From Candidatus Hodarchaeum mangrovi (lineage in GTDB: Archaea > Asgardarchaeota > Heimdallarchaeia > Hodarchaeales > Hodarchaeaceae), in assembly GCA_016839515.1 (NCBI GenBank), contig JAEOUE010000259.1:1-13604 (forward strand): DNA of 13,604 nt, in the 5' to 3' direction. Positions 7,940 through 13,604 of this stretch are shown here, one piece after another. The notes under the pieces were generated by a model that made no database searches, was not told where the DNA came from, and worked only from the letters and a program-made list of their open reading frames with translations. The position numbers were made by a program, and so were the translations under genes. Every line of letters begins with the position of its first letter. Positions within the stretch are counted from its first letter, which is position 1.

Positions 7940-8845
7940 ATGACGATAGTTTCAGTCAAAATATATAGTTCACAAAAGGAGGAAGTTCTTAGTACCGTAA
8001 CCCTTCCTAATGAGGATATTTCAAATCTTTCTAGTATTCTTAAGCAGGCTCCGCTGTCTTTAATTATTGATTCGAATATTCATGATATTCAGGGTCTTCT
8101 CCTCAATCAATATCTCTTTGTTCATACAAAAACTTCTTCAAAGTTTACCATTGTGGCAATTGCTACATTAAATACTTCTTTTTTTGAAATTGAAACCTTT
8201 TTAACACTTCTCAAACAAGAACTTTCCTCCTTTAATCCCAAATCTTTGCTAGAAGATAATGAGGCATTTCAAATTGTTTGTGAGCAAATCATTCAACGAA
8301 TGGAATCTCAAAATGAGATCTCCATTGCTCTTCTTGGACTAGACAAGGCTGGGAAAACGACATTTCTAAATATTCTTAAGGATCAACAATCCTTAACTGG
8401 ATTTAAAGAGTATTTACCAACTAAATCATTAAATATTGACACTATTCACTTGAAAAATATCCCTTATCGAATAAAATTATTTGATTTAGGAATGGCTTTT
8501 CAATCGCACTGGTGGATGTTTGCAGGTGAGTGTGAGGGGTTTATCTTTTTTATTGATGCTGCAGACATTAGTCGTCGGAATGAAGCGATGGAACTTTTCA
8601 ATGAAATACGCAATTTCTGGGATTGTCCTTATGTTATTGCTGCAAACAAAGTAGATATTTGTAAAATTCATAACATAAGAAAATATCTTGCAAGAAAATT
8701 AAAGGTTTCAATTCGTAAAGTCTACGAAACCAACACTTCAACTGGTGAAGGAGTAGAATCCCTGTTGGAAGGCTTAATTACTACTGAAATCAATAACAAA
8801 AGTATATCAATATCATTAGTAACACCAAATCATAAAAAAAGATAA
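7940..8845 (+). CDS. Longin-like domain + Arf-family-like small GTPase fusion with degenerate G3/G5
   Basis: G1 GLDKAGKT (8336-8359), G2 YLPT, G3 DLGMA (8483-8497), 'GFIFFIDAAD', G4 NKVD (8645-8656), G5 ETNTSTGEG (8726-8752). The N-terminal ~120 aa show a beta-beta-alpha-beta-beta-beta-alpha-alpha hydrophobic pattern. ATG 7940, preceded by AGGT, is preferred over 7835. Confidence 0.85.
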   Translation: MTIVSVKIYSSQKEEVLSTVTLPNEDISNLSSILKQAPLSLIIDSNIHDIQGLLLNQYLFVHTKTSSKFTIVAIATLNTSFFEIETFLTLLKQELSSFNPKSLLEDNEAFQIVCEQIIQRMESQNEISIALLGLDKAGKTTFLNILKDQQSLTGFKEYLPTKSLNIDTIHLKNIPYRIKLFDLGMAFQSHWWMFAGECEGFIFFIDAADISRRNEAMELFNEIRNFWDCPYVIAANKVDICKIHNIRKYLARKLKVSIRKVYETNTSTGEGVESLLEGLITTEINNKSISISLVTPNHKKR

Positions 8846-8851
8846 TCAATT

Positions 8852-9727
8852 TTAAAAACCCAAGATTAAACCCAGAATAACCATTAAATAGGTAGCAATT
8901 AGACTAATTAGGCCTGCTTGATCCATCCGAATGAAAAAAAGTACAGAAAGACCTCTAGCAGTAAGTAAAATTACCCAAAGCTGGAGAAGAGTAGCTAGCG
9001 CTAAAGAAATTACTTTTTCTTGAAGCGTGAAAATACCTATTTTCATAATTATGGGAAAAATGGTAAGTGGAAGGAGTGCAATACCTGAAAAAATGAATAA
9101 TGTTATTAAATCGTGATGAACAATTTTTCGATTTGAAACCATTTTTTTAGATAATAAGAGAATTAGAAAGGTAAATGTTATCCAAGAGAGAATAATACTT
9201 CCTAAGCTAATCCATAGCTGGTTGGTGGAATTAACTTCATTAAAAAACACAAACACCAAGACAAGTCCTGTATCAGATGTAATAAAGCTAAAGAAAGCTA
9301 AAAAGATAATGAACCATCCAGTGAAAAGAATAAGTGATTCCTTTGCAATTAGAAACAGTTTTGTGGGGGCAAAAATTTTCCAGATATAAGTTAAAAAAGT
9401 TGGTTTGAACTGATCTCCCTTTTCTAAATATGTTTTCCCATTGTGACTCTTCGTTAATAACTTGTGAGCAATCCACCCTCGGTCAGATAAACTCCATGTC
9501 TTTGTGTTTTCATTTTGAATAACTAGATCACCTAATAAACTAATATGATGATAAATCGTCCCTACTTGAACATTTTTTTTCTTTGAAGGATCACGATTCA
9601 ATTCTGTTTGAAGACTGGTATATCCAATTTGTTGATGATTGGCGAGAATCTCAATTATTTCTTGCCGTAAAGGATGGGAGAGAGCTTTAAAAATTTCAGT
9701 AAGATTCTCATCAAATTGCGTAGACAT
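8852..9727 (-). CDS. ArsR-type winged-HTH + multi-pass (Yip1-like) membrane protein
   Basis: N-terminus IFKALSHPLRQEIIEIL...GTIYHHISLLGDLV...WSLSDRG is an archaeal wHTH pattern. The C-terminal ~180 aa contain about 5-6 hydrophobic helices with Yip1-like motifs. Confidence 0.8.
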   Translation of the reverse strand: MSTQFDENLTEIFKALSHPLRQEIIEILANHQQIGYTSLQTELNRDPSKKKNVQVGTIYHHISLLGDLVIQNENTKTWSLSDRGWIAHKLLTKSHNGKTYLEKGDQFKPTFLTYIWKIFAPTKLFLIAKESLILFTGWFIIFLAFFSFITSDTGLVLVFVFFNEVNSTNQLWISLGSIILSWITFTFLILLLSKKMVSNRKIVHHDLITLFIFSGIALLPLTIFPIIMKIGIFTLQEKVISLALATLLQLWVILLTARGLSVLFFIRMDQAGLISLIATYLMVILGLILGF

Positions 9728-9824
9728 ACTGGTATTAATGGTTCAATTCTCCTTTAAAAATTACCTCATTTCAAGTGAATTAATTGTTATTTCATATGAA
9801 TGTCCATTTAAATATAATAAAGGG

Positions 9825-9841
9825 AAAAAAAGAAAAAAAAA
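9825..9841 (-). terminator. Oligo-T terminator after the surface glycoprotein gene
   Basis: A7-G-A9 on the + strand reads as a T-rich tract on the minus strand, 13 nt after the stop at 9855. Confidence 0.6.
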
Positions 9842-9854
9842 GGGAGGAGGGAGA

Positions 9855-12800
9855 TTATTTTTGACTTCTTTTGTACTCTCTTACAGCTAAAACAAGGATT
9901 GGAAAAGCTAGCACGACAATCATGAGCTTCATATTATCCTGTATGAAGCTTGTCAAGGTTGTGAAGCCTGGAATCCCCGTAGTAGTTGTTTTTGTTGGTG
10001 GCTGTGGAGAAGTTGTGGAAGATACTGCAACAGCAGAGAAAGCTGCCAATAATGATGCATCACTATAGGAAGTCCAGCTAGAAGCTGACCCTGTATCTTG
10101 AATACTAAATCTAAGGGCGTAAGAATCGCAAACGGATTTTATACCGAATCCTAGTGATATATCAAAAGGCGTACTACCTCCTTCTGTTTCACCTTCTATT
10201 CCAGAAGTACCTTCCATAGGATATCTACTATCGTATTCAACAGCTACAGGTGGTAAGATAAGAGATTCACTATCGGTCACTTGAATCCGATAATAGAACA
10301 CTATTGCTACTTCAGGAGCTAAATGAAGACCAGCTACAGCTGCTATACTAATAGGCCATTCAGGATGATCTAAGGCAAAACCTTCATCATATCCTGTCAG
10401 AGTATTTCCTGAAATATCCGTTACTTTGAAATTTTGTCCATTATAGGCACCTGATACATCAATCATAGCCATGTGAGTGGGGAAATAAGAATACGCCTTT
10501 ATTGTGGTAGCCTCATCACCTATGTTTTTGATCTCGGTTCGAATTTCGATTATATCCCCATTTGTGATATTTTCAAAACCGTTAATATTTCTCCAGGTTA
10601 CAGAAACGTTTACTTCAGGAGTAGGATAGCTAGGTTCGTCTACACCAGCTTTTTCAGATTTGGGTAACACAACTGCTAGGATAAGGTTTGAAGCAACATC
10701 TGTTATGTCAGTACGATTAAAATTAGTTCCAAAACCTTCTGATTCTTCAGTTGTATAATCAATAACAATACCAATTGGATGGATTCCTAAGAATGTAGCA
10801 ACTTGTCGAATAAATGTATGGGTGACTTTTTCACCAGGATTGATATCAGGGAGTGATTCTTCTTCAGAGAAAGTTGTAATATCACGTAATTGCCAATCAG
10901 GACCCATCAGAGCTTGGAATCCTTGAATTTGGACATTAGATGCTATAGTGTCTCCAATGTTTTCAACGGTGACATTAATCTCGGCAATTTCCCCAATTTC
11001 ATATATAGTAGCATTTAGGGAGACGATAGTCTTAAGAATCGCTTCATTATCATAGAGCTGAATCACTAAACCATTTGCAAAGCCAAAATATTCTCGTGAA
11101 AATGAATCCTCATAACGGAACATGACACTAGGATTAAATTCTCCTAAGGGAGGCCATCGTAAATCTTCACCTGATTCTAGGGTTTGATTGACAATCCAAT
11201 CTTTAACATTAGTAATTCCTCCTGTTACAGCACTTGTATTATCTGTGAATGTCATATTAATTTGCCAATAAAAGCCATGTTGAGCATCATAGAGTAGTTG
11301 TCCTCCATTATTTGTATTATTGAACCCAATTATGATAAATTCATCAGCTTCAGTAGGCAAATCCTCAACTGCCCACCAATAATGAACTGATGATCCGTTT
11401 GGAAGTTGATTTAGTGTATCATAGACATAAAATGTTTCATTTTCATATAAAGTTTGTAAATTACTTGAATGAACAAAATTAAATACTGATTTATTGATAT
11501 AAACAGACTTTAATGTTTCCTCAAAGTCTATAGCATACATTTCACGACCATTAGTAATGTTAGTGAATAATTGACTTACAGGTTGTACGATGGAACCATT
11601 TGTAACATAAGTAAACCATCCAGAGATTTCTAAACTGATATTGAGATTATCTACATCAATATGCTCAGTTAAAGCTAATGAATCAACTATTAATCCACTA
11701 CTACTATTGTAGAACTTTAAGATACTTGGATCAAATTGATAAGTTTCTGAATCAAATACATAGATGTATTTAGGTTCAGGTTCATTTTCACCAATTTCCC
11801 AAGCAAAAGTAGTATTATAGGCCATTTCATTACCTGTATTTGTTAAAGTAATGGTATAGTTAAGTTTAGAATCTGTTGGCGATTGTAATGCAGAAACATC
11901 TACATCTACGTTCGCAGTAATCTGTGGAAACGTTTCTAATTCCTCTACTGCCATATCATAGGTGATATAAATATCTTCTGGGATCCTTTCATAGATTGAA
12001 CCAACCTTCATGGTCCATTTAAAATTTCCTGTAAGTTCAGGATAGAGGCTATCTGTTTTCGGATAAGACAGATAAACGTTGGCTACATATGGAAGTTTAA
12101 AACTGATTGCACTTAAAACACTATTTGGAGAAGGACGAATGGGACCTGAATAACCAAAAGCTGAATTGATAGACATATTATGGACATCATTCTCATCAAT
12201 AATAATCCCGTTTTCTTGAATAAATGCTGTGACGGCTAATGGTTTCCATACATTATTTTGTTTAGCTAATCCCGTTCCAACGACAGAAACAGGAGAAGCA
12301 GCAATGATATCATTGGTAATAAAATTTGTATATCCTCCTGTAGTAAAAACGTCATAAAATTCGTCTATGATAAAATCTGTATGGTTCTGAGCTGACATAT
12401 AACCCCAGTAGAATAGAACAGTTTGCCCTCCAACTTCTACACCATAGAGCATATCAAGATTAGTACCCATCCATGTACTTATCGCCGGAATAATTGCAGA
12501 TGAATCTGCAAGCGATGCTTCCATACCTTGGGAGAAATAAAAAACGATTGTAGCACCATCTCTAAACTCCCAAAGACTTCTAGGCCAATAATTATGCCAG
12601 TTTCGTTGATTGCTACTAATGATATAAAGTAAATCTAAATAATCAAAGGCATCAGAAGTAGGATCAAGTGGAAATATTTTTTCACCACTCCATTGATAAT
12701 ATTGTGTGATGAGAGCAGAACCTTCTGCAGCAATCAATTCAAGTCCTTCAATAAAATCCGAATTCTGACCTAATAGGGTGTCTTGAAGAATTTGAACCGA

Positions 12801-12905
12801 TTGAGTGAGCTGAGGTGCTGCCTGAATGATGCCTGATTGCCCCATAAACATCAGTGCAACCAAAGAGAGACTAACGGCAAATATTTGCATTTTCTTTCGA
12901 TTCAT
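9855..12905 (-). CDS. Large secreted, C-terminally anchored surface glycoprotein (S-layer-like; Ig-like CARDB/DUF11-type domains; PGF-type sorting signal)
   Basis: Signal peptide MNRKK-hydrophobic-IQA/A, acidic beta-rich composition, three 'xNxG' Ig-like motifs, about 20 N-x-S/T sequons, S/T/P-rich linker, IPGF, hydrophobic helix, basic tail. ATG 12905, preceded by GTGA, is preferred over 12929. Confidence 0.8.
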   Translation of the reverse strand: MNRKKMQIFAVSLSLVALMFMGQSGIIQAAPQLTQSVQILQDTLLGQNSDFIEGLELIAAEGSALITQYYQWSGEKIFPLDPTSDAFDYLDLLYIISSNQRNWHNYWPRSLWEFRDGATIVFYFSQGMEASLADSSAIIPAISTWMGTNLDMLYGVEVGGQTVLFYWGYMSAQNHTDFIIDEFYDVFTTGGYTNFITNDIIAASPVSVVGTGLAKQNNVWKPLAVTAFIQENGIIIDENDVHNMSINSAFGYSGPIRPSPNSVLSAISFKLPYVANVYLSYPKTDSLYPELTGNFKWTMKVGSIYERIPEDIYITYDMAVEELETFPQITANVDVDVSALQSPTDSKLNYTITLTNTGNEMAYNTTFAWEIGENEPEPKYIYVFDSETYQFDPSILKFYNSSSGLIVDSLALTEHIDVDNLNISLEISGWFTYVTNGSIVQPVSQLFTNITNGREMYAIDFEETLKSVYINKSVFNFVHSSNLQTLYENETFYVYDTLNQLPNGSSVHYWWAVEDLPTEADEFIIIGFNNTNNGGQLLYDAQHGFYWQINMTFTDNTSAVTGGITNVKDWIVNQTLESGEDLRWPPLGEFNPSVMFRYEDSFSREYFGFANGLVIQLYDNEAILKTIVSLNATIYEIGEIAEINVTVENIGDTIASNVQIQGFQALMGPDWQLRDITTFSEEESLPDINPGEKVTHTFIRQVATFLGIHPIGIVIDYTTEESEGFGTNFNRTDITDVASNLILAVVLPKSEKAGVDEPSYPTPEVNVSVTWRNINGFENITNGDIIEIRTEIKNIGDEATTIKAYSYFPTHMAMIDVSGAYNGQNFKVTDISGNTLTGYDEGFALDHPEWPISIAAVAGLHLAPEVAIVFYYRIQVTDSESLILPPVAVEYDSRYPMEGTSGIEGETEGGSTPFDISLGFGIKSVCDSYALRFSIQDTGSASSWTSYSDASLLAAFSAVAVSSTTSPQPPTKTTTTGIPGFTTLTSFIQDNMKLMIVVLAFPILVLAVREYKRSQK

Positions 12906-12939
12906 GGTATAATCACACTTATACATCATTAGATGTTAC

Positions 12940-12961
12940 TAAACAAGATTAATCCTGTTTA
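12940..12961. promoter_or_regulatory. 22-bp near-perfect palindrome, candidate operator
   Basis: TAAACAAGATT|AATCCTGTTTA, with 10 of 11 pairs matched, 34 nt upstream of the glycoprotein start. Confidence 0.5.
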
Positions 12962-13569
12962 TTTGATGTGATCAAATTGAAGCACTCCTTTTTTAAAAGC
13001 CTAATTTTAAAGAAGCATTGAAATAAGAAATTCAAGAGTTCTTGAAGAACTTTGAAATAAACTTGATTTAATAATTTACTTTGCTAGAATTGAATAATTT
13101 GCAGTCATTTTGAATTTCATCCCTCTATTTTATTAAATTAATAGAATTCTCTGTGATTTATCACAAATTCATAAAATCATGGAATGAAATCTACAAGAGA
13201 AAAAATCATTGTAATTAAGTGAACTTGAAAAAGTTCAAAGTTGTTAAAGAAATAAATAAGTTACTACTTTTTTACTGGTGGTTAAATTAAAAAATTAATA
13301 TACTGGGATTATAATAGGGGAAAAAAAATAATTTAGTTCTATAATTCCTTTAACGATTTCACCTTAAAGAGATATCCTATGTTAATTCCTGTTATTATAT
13401 TCCCTTTAATAGAGAGAAAATTCTTTAAAATAAAAAATTTTGGTATTGAATTGCATTAATCAACCGATTTATAATCATAATTTAGTTTAGTCTAGCAACT
13501 ATTATGAAATTATAGTTAATCGGGTAAATCAAGGCTAACTTCTATATTATATATTCTTAGATGGTTAAT

Positions 13570-13604
13570 ATGTCTGAAAAAATTGAATCCTCCACTGAAA
13601 CAAC
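13570..13604 (+). CDS. Probable 5' end of the next gene (MSEKIESSTET...), truncated
   Basis: In-frame ATGs at 13561 and 13570, open to the window edge, following TATA-rich sequence at about 13542-13555. Too short to identify. Confidence 0.35.
   Translation, partial: MSEKIESSTET

Noticed and set aside
8486-10667. Short ORFs 8486-8671, 9288-9476, 9639-9890, 9871-10068 and 10473-10667
   Set aside because: They overlap longer supported genes. The Lys-rich tail of 9639-9890 is just the translated terminator A-tract.
4339-12963. The 17-bp direct repeat as att sites or boundaries of an integrated element
   Set aside because: No integrase, transposase or tRNA is present, and the enclosed genes look like ordinary chromosomal genes of similar composition.
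13031-13056. Resemblance to a eukaryotic heat-shock element (nTTCnnGAAn)
   Set aside because: Only two pentamer units are in register; three contiguous alternating units are absent.
13152-13165. Resemblance to a bacterial CRP site (TGTGA...TCACA)
   Set aside because: The spacer is 4 nt rather than the 6 nt CRP requires, and the context is archaeal.
12906-13560. CRISPR array, tRNA or replication origin in the long AT-rich intergenic region
   Set aside because: No regularly spaced repeats, no GC-rich cloverleaf, no ORB-like G-string repeats and no visible adjacent cdc6/orc1 gene.

Overview
AT-rich (roughly one-third GC by eye), gene-dense archaeal-type window. GGTGA/GGAGA ribosome-binding motifs, oligo-T terminators, a longin-fused Arf-type small GTPase and a PGF-tagged surface glycoprotein suggest an Asgard archaeon, possibly Heimdallarchaeia-like (inference). 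The left half is a minus-strand gene run: oligoendopeptidase F, nucleotide-sugar dehydrogenase, amidohydrolase, a GATase-like hypothetical protein, and an ABC ATPase that runs off the window edge. A divergent acyl-CoA dehydrogenase follows. The right half is the most interesting: a longin + Arf-like GTPase fusion whose G3/switch II appears to lack the GQ dipeptide, converging on a winged-HTH + Yip1-like membrane protein, which lies downstream of a ~1000 aa S-layer-like glycoprotein. A 17-bp exact repeat embedded in palindromes lies just upstream of both the glycoprotein and the nucleotide-sugar dehydrogenase. No RNA genes, CRISPR arrays or mobile elements were recognised.
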